The notes beneath the pieces are model-generated. The model did no database searches and was not told where the DNA came from. It saw only the letters and a program-made list of their open reading frames with translations. Below, one piece after another: positions 1-8,742 of a stretch of 30,590 bases of DNA. Both the position numbers and the translations under genes were made by a program. Within the stretch, counting starts at the first letter, position 1; each line of letters starts with the position of its first letter. Source of the DNA: a virus; IMG/VR virus record IMGVR_UViG_3300035050_000132, positions 1-30,590 of that record; one strand, written 5' to 3'.

Positions 1-1
1 T

Positions 2-121
2 AGCAGCCTCATCTTGATAAGACATTGCTATATTTGCTTGCCAACCCAACCTGTAATCATCATCGGTTAGGAGAGCTTCCTTTAATACTTTCATAGCTTC
101 TGCTAATTTATTACATTCCAT
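2..121 (-). CDS. Hypothetical phage protein, 3'-partial (runs off window start)
   Basis: Own translation from ATG at 121: MECNKLAEAMKVLKEALLTDDDYRLGWQANIAMSYQDEAA..., open to the window edge and starting 10 nt after the upstream stop. Confidence 0.7.
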   Translation of the reverse strand, partial: MECNKLAEAMKVLKEALLTDDDYRLGWQANIAMSYQDEAA

Positions 122-131
122 AAATAAACCA

Positions 132-374
132 TTACTCAAGTCCAGATAATCCAATAATACCATCCAAATACTTTGTAGCTATTTTAGAAGAAACATCTAT
201 GGCATCTGAATAAGAAACCAATTTTTCAGCTACAAGGGTATCAATAATATCCTGCTGTAATCTTACATCCATTATATAATTAAGATTCTCACTACCATCT
301 TCCATTTCAAAATTATTTCTATCTTTCTGAAGTTTTGTAGCCAATGCTTTAATAGTGTCTTTGTATTCACTCAT
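132..374 (-). CDS. Hypothetical protein (80 aa)
   Basis: ORF in operon orientation with AAGGA RBS upstream; no recognisable motif. Confidence 0.75.
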   Translation of the reverse strand: MSEYKDTIKALATKLQKDRNNFEMEDGSENLNYIMDVRLQQDIIDTLVAEKLVSYSDAIDVSSKIATKYLDGIIGLSGLE

Positions 375-391
375 AATAAATGTTCCTTATA

Positions 392-694
392 TTAATTAGT
401 TCCTGCTTTAAACCTATCAAGATTACCAGTCAATGGGTGTTTTGTATTGGTAGTTGACTCTTTTTTATCTTTTTTTCCCGCCAAAAAATTTCTATAAGCT
501 TCCTGACGAGCATCGTAACGATCACGTATAGCAGCAGCTCTTTGTAATCTAGCAACTTCACGTGAAGAATCGTGCTCATAAAATTCACATTTACGATGTT
601 TACCTGGATTAATAGTCACATGCTTTACAGTACATTTACGACCAGACTCGTTACTACAATCTCTACATTTAATTCTCATTTTGATTCCTTTCAT
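392..694 (-). CDS. Hypothetical Cys-rich, basic protein (possible Zn-binding N-terminus)
   Basis: CRDC...C...C pattern followed by a charged helix; directly downstream of promoter 715-742. The true start may be the second Met, which is preceded by AAAGGA. Confidence 0.7.
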   Translation of the reverse strand: MKGIKMRIKCRDCSNESGRKCTVKHVTINPGKHRKCEFYEHDSSREVARLQRAAAIRDRYDARQEAYRNFLAGKKDKKESTTNTKHPLTGNLDRFKAGTN

Positions 695-714
695 TATTCA
701 TCAACCATGAATAT

Positions 715-742
715 AATATAATACATAAAAGTTATTTGTCAA
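715..742 (-). promoter_or_regulatory. Sigma70-like promoter, copy 1 of 5
   Basis: Minus strand TTGACA-aataacttttatgtat(16)-TATATT in an intergenic gap. Confidence 0.8.
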
Positions 743-751
743 GGTATAAAA

Positions 752-1216
752 CTAATAATCTACACCCTTTTTATAAATCTTTTGATTGCTAGTAGCTAAA
801 TTCATACCATAGTACTCATTTTTATCTACCTTTTTATCTTCTTCATATCTGCCGCATTTTATATAAGAACAAATTAATTTAATAGGATCTGGAACATCCT
901 CTATATCATAACGGGTAAAAAGCCAGATAGGTTTACAATCGGTGGCAAAATTAATAAAAGCTAATAAATCAACTAAATCTTCTGTGGGAGAATCTAAAGG
1001 TTCTCCACCAAAAATCATTATATTCTCTATAAGTTCATAAAAATCATTCATTTTTTCAAACAACCTATGTGAATATGCTGGATTAAACTCATCGCCCTGA
1101 TTAAAATCCCACCCTTCTGGATTATGACATCCTGGACAATGTGGGGGTTTACACCCAGCAATGTAGATATCAAAACTCCTCATAGATAACGTAAATTGTG
1201 TTGCTAATATTTTCAT
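752..1216 (-). CDS. nrdG: Anaerobic ribonucleotide reductase activase (radical SAM)
   Basis: IYIAGCKPPHCPGCHNPEGWDF (radical SAM Cys triad, here CX4CX2C), GGEPL, YIKCGRY, LATSNQ; adjacent to nrdD; AGGAGG RBS. Confidence 0.93.
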   Translation of the reverse strand: MKILATQFTLSMRSFDIYIAGCKPPHCPGCHNPEGWDFNQGDEFNPAYSHRLFEKMNDFYELIENIMIFGGEPLDSPTEDLVDLLAFINFATDCKPIWLFTRYDIEDVPDPIKLICSYIKCGRYEEDKKVDKNEYYGMNLATSNQKIYKKGVDY

Positions 1217-1233
1217 AAACCTCCTGATTAAAT

Positions 1234-1251
1234 GGGCCTCCGAAGAGGCCC
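1234..1251 (-). terminator. GC-rich stem-loop with C(UUCG)G tetraloop between nrdD and nrdG (terminator or stability hairpin)
   Basis: Minus strand GGGCCTC-TTCG-GAGGCCC, a perfect 7-bp stem. Only ATTT follows, so the U-tract is weak. Confidence 0.6.
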
Positions 1252-1258
1252 CTAATTA

Positions 1259-3154
1259 TTAAATATTTGAATAAAACTGTCTTTCGGGCCAATCCTCTTC
1301 TCTACGTACTTTGTTCCAATTTTTAACCGATGTAACAAACCCAACCACACGTGTGAAATTCTCTTCAATAGGTTTACCACATATAGGACAAATATCATTC
1401 TTACCTACAGTCATATGAAAATCTTCACACCTCTGAAGATTATAATTTATAGCAAAATAAATTACACCTTTCTTAGCACATGCCATAATAAGATCCATTA
1501 TCTGTGTTTTATCAGTAATTTGTTCTTCAACATTTAAATGACATATCGATCCACCGCTAAAATGTTTATCAAAAATACCTTGCAATTTGATACGATCCAA
1601 CAAATCAGCCTTAGTAGTTAGTGGTATAAATTGATTAGAATATAAATTATATCCTAAATCCATACCCAACATTTTATCCTTATTAGCCAACTTAATAGAT
1701 GAATTTTCAGAAGGTGTCTGCTCACAATTATGCGGAGCTTTATACTGTTTTTGCAAACGGTCGTTGGTTTTATTAATAACTTCAAGCATCTTCAAACCAA
1801 ACTCAACACCGCCATTGTGTAAAACATCGTAACCCATAATAGTTATAGCTTCATTAATACCATTCAAACCACAAGTTGAATATTGTTTATTAATATCAAC
1901 AAAACCTAAATTATACAAAGGCTGGGCTCCATTCTCAATACGTCTTTTAATAATATGTCGTTTTGAATTATTAATTTTAGCAACAACTTCTACAATATCC
2001 TCAAGAGCATTAAAGAAATCTTCCTCATTATCTTTATTTCTATAGGCTAAACGTGGTAAATTTACCGTTACAACCCCTAAACTACCAATCTTAGTACTAC
2101 CAGACCCAAAAGAGTTAAAGTACTCTGAATTGGTGTCGCTGCGGAGCCGGCAACACGAACTCAACGTTGAAGTCTTACCACAATAAATATTAATAAAACC
2201 ATACTCCATATTCTTTTCAGAAATCATTTCAAGAAATGCTTCATCTAGAATATTACCGTCATCATCTACAGAAAAACACGCTGTTGTCACGGGAAATGTT
2301 ACTGGAGTGCGTTTTTGCTCGTCATTCATAGTATCAATGAACAACTCTTGAATTTTTTTAATAGTTTCCAACTTTGGCACTCGACCATCAGGAAATTTAT
2401 ACTCTGGAACCAAATTTTTCAAAAACCCATCATCAAATATAGATACGTTAGTAAACGGCGATTGTGCAGCACGAGAAGGTTGATTAATTGTATAAATAAA
2501 TGATACTATATTCTCCTTAACATATTTCCAACAATCCTCTTCAGTTACAAAATTAAACCCAGCATCGGATTTAGACTCTATTATTTTATCAACATAATAC
2601 CCCATCACAATAGTGAGGTCTGCTAAACCAACCGCGCCCAGTGTGGAGTTGGAAGCTATAACAACAAACTGTTCCAACTGCGACTTAAATGAGTACAAAT
2701 GTTTAGGTGGAATACTTTTAATCTTATTCACCATAGTCAGCCCATTAAGGGCTATATCATAAGTACTATAGTTGTAACAATACGGCTGACTCACGCCGTG
2801 GAAATCATTAATATAAAAATCACCAGTTAACTGCATCTCGACTATACGATTGGCTTCTGAATGACCATACAACTGGCGAAGTTTTTTCCAAACTAAATAA
2901 TAAGCGTTCATCCTAAAATAAGGTTTGGGTAATTCAGTATTATAGACAATCATATCTTTAGTACTAACATTAGAATTACTATCAACACTGACATCAGCAG
3001 TAGTACTTGAATTAGTAAAAAACCCTTTACTAAATTTATCTATATCTAATTGAGATCCTATACCATCCAAATCAAAAAGCTTTTGGCCATATTTTGATTT
3101 GAGGTGAAGCATTAATTCTGTAAAATTGCTATCATAAGTAATATTAACGTGCAT
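1259..3154 (-). CDS. nrdD: Class III (anaerobic) ribonucleoside-triphosphate reductase, no N-terminal ATP cone
   Basis: GDFYIND..PYC, QSPFTN, TFPVTT, SSCCRL finger loop, IGSLGVVTVNLPRLA, SGGSICH, C-terminal Zn site CPICG and glycyl-radical loop TRVVGFV. Confidence 0.95.
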   Translation of the reverse strand: MHVNITYDSNFTELMLHLKSKYGQKLFDLDGIGSQLDIDKFSKGFFTNSSTTADVSVDSNSNVSTKDMIVYNTELPKPYFRMNAYYLVWKKLRQLYGHSEANRIVEMQLTGDFYINDFHGVSQPYCYNYSTYDIALNGLTMVNKIKSIPPKHLYSFKSQLEQFVVIASNSTLGAVGLADLTIVMGYYVDKIIESKSDAGFNFVTEEDCWKYVKENIVSFIYTINQPSRAAQSPFTNVSIFDDGFLKNLVPEYKFPDGRVPKLETIKKIQELFIDTMNDEQKRTPVTFPVTTACFSVDDDGNILDEAFLEMISEKNMEYGFINIYCGKTSTLSSCCRLRSDTNSEYFNSFGSGSTKIGSLGVVTVNLPRLAYRNKDNEEDFFNALEDIVEVVAKINNSKRHIIKRRIENGAQPLYNLGFVDINKQYSTCGLNGINEAITIMGYDVLHNGGVEFGLKMLEVINKTNDRLQKQYKAPHNCEQTPSENSSIKLANKDKMLGMDLGYNLYSNQFIPLTTKADLLDRIKLQGIFDKHFSGGSICHLNVEEQITDKTQIMDLIMACAKKGVIYFAINYNLQRCEDFHMTVGKNDICPICGKPIEENFTRVVGFVTSVKNWNKVRREEDWPERQFYSNI

Positions 3155-3168
3155 TAAACAACGTCCTC

Positions 3169-3651
3169 CTAATTTTCTTTTTTGTCGGTGGAACCTGTAC
3201 CACCAGTACGAACAACCTCCGTATTACAGTTGTCGGATACCAAGAATTTCTTAAAAATACCTTGAGCCACAGCCTCACCCTTATCAATATATTGGGTACG
3301 ATCCCCAAAATTCCACAGGTAAATACCAATGTTACCATCATTATCTATATTACTGTAGTAGTCACTATCAATAATACCTACGGTGTTCTTTATTCTCAAA
3401 TCTCTTTTAATACCAAAAGATGATCTGGGATAAATCTCAAACACCTCATCCTCTTGCATATAAGCCTTAACATCTGTCCAGAAAAAAGCACCTTCGCCCG
3501 GTAGAAGTTCCAAATCACGTACCGCAAACAAATCATAACCAGCAGAGCGCTGGGTGCCACGCTGTGGCATAATAACCACGTCATCTTTTTCTGTAAAAAC
3601 TTTTCTCTGACCTTTAACTACTTCTTCAAATCCTCTAATTTTTTCACTCAT
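3169..3651 (-). CDS. dut: Trimeric dUTPase
   Basis: All five motifs present: SAGYDL, PRSSFG, GIIDSDYY, AQGIF, RTGGTGST. Confidence 0.95.
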   Translation of the reverse strand: MSEKIRGFEEVVKGQRKVFTEKDDVVIMPQRGTQRSAGYDLFAVRDLELLPGEGAFFWTDVKAYMQEDEVFEIYPRSSFGIKRDLRIKNTVGIIDSDYYSNIDNDGNIGIYLWNFGDRTQYIDKGEAVAQGIFKKFLVSDNCNTEVVRTGGTGSTDKKEN

Positions 3652-3705
3652 AATATAATTCCTTTATTTAATAATAATACAATGTAGTCCAATTGACTTG
3701 TTTAT

Positions 3706-3733
3706 AAGATAAGTACTATTCTTAATTTGTCAA
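3706..3733 (-). promoter_or_regulatory. Sigma70-like promoter, copy 2 of 5 (dut-nrdD-nrdG)
   Basis: TTGACA-aattaagaatagtact(16)-TATCTT. Confidence 0.75.
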
Positions 3734-3763
3734 GTTTAAGTTATTTATTTTAGCAAATCTTTA

Positions 3764-4699
3764 CTATCTTTCCATTATCAAAGTCTTTACTCCGCTATTT
3801 GGAATAGCGAGTACTTTACCTTCAGCCATCTGCTGCATAATCCATTTATGACGCATAGGTTCTCTTTGTTTAGCTATACCTTTTTCTAACCAGTAATTCA
3901 TAAAACCACCTCCAGAATAATTAAGAAATTTAAATCCCAAATTGTCCATAGAATTGCCAACATTATGACAATAATCAACATAAAATTTACAACGTTTAAC
4001 TTCTACTTCATGCTTACCTATCTGCATAGTTTTATAATTATTTAAAAAATATTTAAACAGTTTAGAAGATCCTCCAGCAACATAAGAAAATTTGCGCGTT
4101 CCTACACGAATAACCTCAACTGTAACATCTGCACCTTTTTCTTTCGCAAAAAAATTCTTACCAAAAGTATATAGCATAATTAAAGTTCCAGCTGGTACAC
4201 CGTGCTTATCTTTTTTAGTGTATAAACCTAAACTCAAACTAGCACCACGTCTCCCATAAAAACAATGTTCATCTTCAAATGGACGACCTTCTTTAGGTCC
4301 TACTACCCTAACTTCACATTCTCTAGCATACCAACCACATGGTGTTTTATGAGCAGCATGAAGTATGTAAGATTTTAACACTTCTCTTTGTCTGGGAAGC
4401 ATCCATTCAAAATCCTTAATCCATAAACGAAAAGAATTATTATCCTCAGCTTCACGACTTAATTTATAAAAGAAATCAGAATCTACACCCTCTATACCAT
4501 ATTTAGGATATGCTATTGGATATTGATAGGAAGGAACATATTCAATTTCATATCCTCTACCATCCTTTGCTTTAGATCTATCAGTTAGATAAAAGGTATT
4601 ATCTTTAATGCCATATTCAACTTCATTTTCGTCTAAAAAACTTTGAATTTCTCCTACAATTTTTAAATCATTTTCATTATATTCTTTAGGATGTATCAT
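3764..4699 (-). CDS. Hef-like phage protein: degenerate Vsr-like segment plus GNAT/Mom-like C-terminal domain
   Basis: WIKDFEW..REVLKS, YARECEVRVV, H.FYG..LGLY, YTFG, EVIRV, VAGGSSKLFKYF, FYVD..G..LGF and NSG recall the conserved blocks of T4 Hef-like proteins. Recognised from memory. Confidence 0.55.
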   Translation of the reverse strand: MIHPKEYNENDLKIVGEIQSFLDENEVEYGIKDNTFYLTDRSKAKDGRGYEIEYVPSYQYPIAYPKYGIEGVDSDFFYKLSREAEDNNSFRLWIKDFEWMLPRQREVLKSYILHAAHKTPCGWYARECEVRVVGPKEGRPFEDEHCFYGRRGASLSLGLYTKKDKHGVPAGTLIMLYTFGKNFFAKEKGADVTVEVIRVGTRKFSYVAGGSSKLFKYFLNNYKTMQIGKHEVEVKRCKFYVDYCHNVGNSMDNLGFKFLNYSGGGFMNYWLEKGIAKQREPMRHKWIMQQMAEGKVLAIPNSGVKTLIMER

Positions 4700-4710
4700 A
4701 ATTAATTCCT

Positions 4711-5766
4711 TTAATATTTATAGTTATATCTCTTATGCATAATTGCCTGGTACCAGGCTTTATGCCATTTACGATTTTTATTAGCCCGCGAATTGCACGA
4801 ACGACAAACTGTTATTAAATTTGACGGGTGACAATTTTGTTTGTTGTAATCTATATGATGGATAGTTAAATCATCTGGACGTTTTGAATCGCAGTAAGGG
4901 TTTAAACAACTATAAGCATCCCTTTCCATTATGTCAAGTTTAAATTCTTTATCTTTCCAAATTTCACAGTAAGGTTCGAAGGATTTGCCACCCTGCCAGT
5001 TTGGATGGCCTGGGCCAGATCTATTTATTGATAAACTAATCCCTTTACATGTTGGACATCTCCAACCAGATCTCCAATTACCATAAGTAATCTCATGTAC
5101 ATGCCCATATGGACACATATAACTTAATTTTGTGGAAGAATTTATATATTCTTTTGAAAGAAGAGTATAACCTTCTTTTTTAAATTGTTCTCGAACATAT
5201 TCTATAGTTAATTTAACATTTCCAGCGCAATAAGGGCATCTATAGCCCGTTGACCAATCCCTCCAAGTTATACTATGTGTATGCCCTTCTGGACATATAT
5301 AATCTAATTTAGTATTATTATTTTTATATCCATTTGAAAGAAGGGTATAACCTTCTTCTTCAAAAGAAGATTTGACAAAATCATATGTTAGTCTAATATT
5401 TCCATTACAATAATAACATCTTTTTCCACTTTTCCAATCATTCCATCTAATATAATGTATATGGCCTTTTGGACATTTATATTTTAATTTAGTCTTATTA
5501 TTTTTATACTCTTTTGATAATAATTCATAACCTTCTTTTTCAAAAGACTGTTTGATAATACATATACTTGTACGTTTTTTATCATCTGCACAATAAGGGC
5601 AACGATAACCTGCTTTCCAATTATGCCATGAAATAGAATGCTCATGTCCATTAGGACATCTGTATTCTAATTTAGTTTTCCAATTTACATATTTTTTAGA
5701 AAGGAGGGTATAACCCTCCTTCTCAAATTGTTCTTTTACAAAATTATATGTTAATTTTTTAGCCAT
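4711..5766 (-). CDS. HNH homing endonuclease with four tandem ~60-aa Zn-ribbon repeats
   Basis: 4x (F.KEGY.LLS..Y.N..TKL.Y.CP.GH.H.I.W..W..G.RCP.C), then HPNWQGG and the HNH core IHHIDYNKQNCHPSNLITVCRSCN. Confidence 0.88.
   Translation of the reverse strand: MAKKLTYNFVKEQFEKEGYTLLSKKYVNWKTKLEYRCPNGHEHSISWHNWKAGYRCPYCADDKKRTSICIIKQSFEKEGYELLSKEYKNNKTKLKYKCPKGHIHYIRWNDWKSGKRCYYCNGNIRLTYDFVKSSFEEEGYTLLSNGYKNNNTKLDYICPEGHTHSITWRDWSTGYRCPYCAGNVKLTIEYVREQFKKEGYTLLSKEYINSSTKLSYMCPYGHVHEITYGNWRSGWRCPTCKGISLSINRSGPGHPNWQGGKSFEPYCEIWKDKEFKLDIMERDAYSCLNPYCDSKRPDDLTIHHIDYNKQNCHPSNLITVCRSCNSRANKNRKWHKAWYQAIMHKRYNYKY
5047..5757 (-). repeat. Four imperfect ~180-nt coding tandem repeats
   Basis: Protein repeat periods are 61/60/60 aa; DNA blocks such as taaccttctt and ggacat recur at ~180-nt spacing. 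Confidence 0.9.
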
Positions 5767-5767
5767 A

Positions 5768-7675
5768 TCATTCTTGAGGATGTCCGCACTTTGAACAAAC
5801 CAATTTAGTTAAATATTTTTCATCAGGTATAAATTTCATTTCACAACAACCACATTCAGAGCACGAATCTTTAAGCCAAGATGGACCCACGAGCGCATCA
5901 GACTCCATAGGAATTTTATTAAAATATCTACCAAAACCATCTCTTAAAGAGTCAGTAACTATTTTAGAAACTTCATCAACATAGGCGTCTTCAACTTCAA
6001 CAATTACTTCATCATGCACTGTAGAAAGTAATTTTCCGGGAAGACCGCTTTTTTCTAGTCTATCAACAATATAAATCATTGCCTCCTTAACGGTATCAGC
6101 ATTAGCTCCTTGAATCCCAGCATTCTTAGCTTTACGTTCAACAGCTTTTTGAATCTTATTACGATCAGGGTGTCCAAAAGGAGGTACATTATAAAACCGT
6201 TTTCTACCAGAAGCTGTAACTGTATATCCATTCTTAACACCTAATCTAGCTGAATTATCTAGATAATCACTTACTGCTTTAAATACTCCAAAATAATCTT
6301 TAATTAGCTTTTCAGCTTCTTTGGTACTAATATCAAGTCTAGCTGCAAGACCGTACTTAGACATGCCGTAACAAAGACCGAACGATAAAGCCTTACAAGA
6401 ATTTCTCATAGCTTTATCTACTTCTTCAATAGCCACTTTAAACACCTCGGATGCTGATCTAGAATGCAAATCTAAACCTTGCTGAAAACATTCCATAAAC
6501 ACAGGGTCTTCAGATAAATTACCTAATATACGCAATTCGGCACCAGACATATCAGCAGTTATCAACTTATATCCAGGCTTTGCTACAAAACAACTCCTAA
6601 ATAATTGTTTCTTTGGGATATTTTGAAGATTGGGGTTGCTACTACTCATTCTGCCTGTGCTTACCATCTGCCGAAAACTAGTATGCAGCCTACCAGTCAC
6701 TGGGTTAATTTTAGCTAAAAGTGTTTCACCATAAGTAGATATCAATTTATTAACTTTTCGATAAGTCAACAAAGCCTTAATAACAGGAACATCTTTGTAT
6801 CTTTTAAGAGTGCCCTCACTAGTATCTGGAAGATCTACCCCATGCTCATATAGAGCTGCTAATAGTTGTTTATTACTATCAACATTAACAGAAGGGATAC
6901 CAAATAAACTAGGTTTGGATGCTGTAGTAGCCAAAAACTGATGAACCTCTGCTAAAGCTTCTTGACGTTCGTCCTCTACAAAACCCATAATGGCACGCCA
7001 ACGATCTGCATCAACAGTGATACCGTTAAGCTCCATTTCACACATAGGTTTGGTAAATTCAAACTCTAATCTGCATACATTCTCAAAACCTTCAGCTACT
7101 ACTCTATCCCACTGAAGCTCTTTTATTATATTCAAAACACTTACATCAGAAGCTGCATACTCTATCTGAAATGGTTCAAATTTCTGGTAATAATCTTGAA
7201 AAGTACCTGCAGGTTCTTTAGTCATTTCCAAACCAAGATACTTTTTAACCAAATCAGCCAAACCAGCACCCCTACCAGTTAGACCTAAATTAAAAAGCTG
7301 CTCAACTAACATAGTGTCATGTATATTATCAGGGTAGTATCCTGCATGCACTTTAAGCATTTTCATATCAAATACAGAGTTCTGAATAATTTTTGTACTA
7401 TTTGGATTAAGCAACGTAGGTTTTAATTGATCTATATGCATACTAGAATGTTCTGTATCATGGCGGACATCATACACATATGATTTTCCAGGCACACCTA
7501 TTTGTACTAAAGATATTTTAGAATTATACGGGTCTAAACCAGTAGTCTCTGTATCTATCTCTATAACATTATGCTTTAATATTTCATCAATAGTTCTACC
7601 AACGTCTTCACTATTTGTGATATACTCATAGTTAGGTTTTGGTATAGTGTTTTCTGATATACTAAAAGTACTCAT
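5768..7675 (-). CDS. polA: Family A DNA polymerase (3'-5' exonuclease + polymerase, no 5'-3' exonuclease) with C-terminal Zn ribbon
   Basis: ExoI DTETTGLD, ExoIII YAASD, TGRMSSSNPNLQNIP, motif A DMSGAELR, motif B RNSCKALSFGLCYG, IQGANAD, motif C VHDE; tail CSEC...CSKC. Confidence 0.95.
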   Translation of the reverse strand: MSTFSISENTIPKPNYEYITNSEDVGRTIDEILKHNVIEIDTETTGLDPYNSKISLVQIGVPGKSYVYDVRHDTEHSSMHIDQLKPTLLNPNSTKIIQNSVFDMKMLKVHAGYYPDNIHDTMLVEQLFNLGLTGRGAGLADLVKKYLGLEMTKEPAGTFQDYYQKFEPFQIEYAASDVSVLNIIKELQWDRVVAEGFENVCRLEFEFTKPMCEMELNGITVDADRWRAIMGFVEDERQEALAEVHQFLATTASKPSLFGIPSVNVDSNKQLLAALYEHGVDLPDTSEGTLKRYKDVPVIKALLTYRKVNKLISTYGETLLAKINPVTGRLHTSFRQMVSTGRMSSSNPNLQNIPKKQLFRSCFVAKPGYKLITADMSGAELRILGNLSEDPVFMECFQQGLDLHSRSASEVFKVAIEEVDKAMRNSCKALSFGLCYGMSKYGLAARLDISTKEAEKLIKDYFGVFKAVSDYLDNSARLGVKNGYTVTASGRKRFYNVPPFGHPDRNKIQKAVERKAKNAGIQGANADTVKEAMIYIVDRLEKSGLPGKLLSTVHDEVIVEVEDAYVDEVSKIVTDSLRDGFGRYFNKIPMESDALVGPSWLKDSCSECGCCEMKFIPDEKYLTKLVCSKCGHPQE

Positions 7676-7680
7676 TAAAA

Positions 7681-8733
7681 TTAACCTTTCATAATTCTTG
7701 CTATTTTGTAAAGATAATTTACTAATATATGTTGAGCAGGTTTACCAGTAACATATATAGGTACAGTTAAAAAATCTAATATGTTTGAATATTTATCACC
7801 ATCATCAAAACCACGAGCACGTTGTAATCTATATGTAACCATACCGGCTAAAGCGACTCGGACAGATTCAGCAGGAATATTTTTAAATTTAGGTAAAAGT
7901 TTAACAGCCCCACGAAAAGAACCTTTTAAAATAGTATTACTTAGCTCCAACAAATCAGCAGAGTCCTCATCTAAAATATGATCGTGTAATAACTTCTTTA
8001 CTTCGACCAAATTCCAACTCTTTTCATCAAACACTTGTTTTAAATATTTAATAGCATTTCTAGGAACACCTTTAGAAATATCTACAACATAATTAAGAAC
8101 ATCAATATCATAAGAGGCACCTTCAAATTCACATATATTTATTAAAATATCTAAAAGATTTTTATCTTCTAAATAACCAAATTTTAATATAGTTGTTCTA
8201 CTAATAAAAGCCTCAGCCAATTTTTCAGGTTTATTGGTACAAAATATAAAATAAACATGAGAAAACCCATCTTCAATTACTTTTAAAAGCAAATCCTGAG
8301 AACTTTTAGTCAACTCATGTGCTTCATCAAAAATTAATACTTTATATCTTGACATAAGGGGTGCAAAATTTAAATCCTCTACAATTTTCGTAACTGCACC
8401 CTTACCACCATCTTTTCCAACATTTATTTCAATAACATCCATGTTCTTTTGAAATAATGTTGCCTTACAACATTCACAATCAAGGCATGGTTCATTGGTA
8501 GATTTTTCTACCGATTTGCAATTTAAACCCAAAGCTATAACTCTAGCCATAGTAGTTTTACCACACCCAGCTGGCCCTGTAAATAAAAAAGAGTGCGCAA
8601 GCGACCCTTCTTTAAGACCTGTGTTTATAATTTTCTTAGTTAATTCCTGACCAATAATTTCATCTACGGTGCACGGCCTATAAACAGTTTGCAAATCATT
8701 TGCACCAGAAGAAGTTTCTCTTTTAATTAACAT
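7681..8733 (-). CDS. dnaX: Clamp-loader ATPase, DnaX gamma-length homolog
   Basis: YRP.T.DEIIGQE, Walker A GPAGCGKTT, Zn site LNC...PCLDCECC, Walker B IFDEAHEL, LLKVIED, ISR arginine finger, G.PR sensor 2. Confidence 0.92.
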   Translation of the reverse strand: MLIKRETSSGANDLQTVYRPCTVDEIIGQELTKKIINTGLKEGSLAHSFLFTGPAGCGKTTMARVIALGLNCKSVEKSTNEPCLDCECCKATLFQKNMDVIEINVGKDGGKGAVTKIVEDLNFAPLMSRYKVLIFDEAHELTKSSQDLLLKVIEDGFSHVYFIFCTNKPEKLAEAFISRTTILKFGYLEDKNLLDILINICEFEGASYDIDVLNYVVDISKGVPRNAIKYLKQVFDEKSWNLVEVKKLLHDHILDEDSADLLELSNTILKGSFRGAVKLLPKFKNIPAESVRVALAGMVTYRLQRARGFDDGDKYSNILDFLTVPIYVTGKPAQHILVNYLYKIARIMKG

Positions 8734-8742
8734 AAACCCACC

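Noticed and set aside
3672-3733. NrdR box or divergent plus-strand promoter upstream of dut-nrdDG
   Set aside because: The imperfect palindrome around AGTACT does not match the NrdR consensus. The plus-strand TTGACT has poor spacing to a -10 and no gene to drive.
7681-8733. E. coli-type dnaX tau/gamma programmed frameshift
   Set aside because: The gene is only gamma-length and polA follows 5 nt later, leaving no tau extension to shift into.
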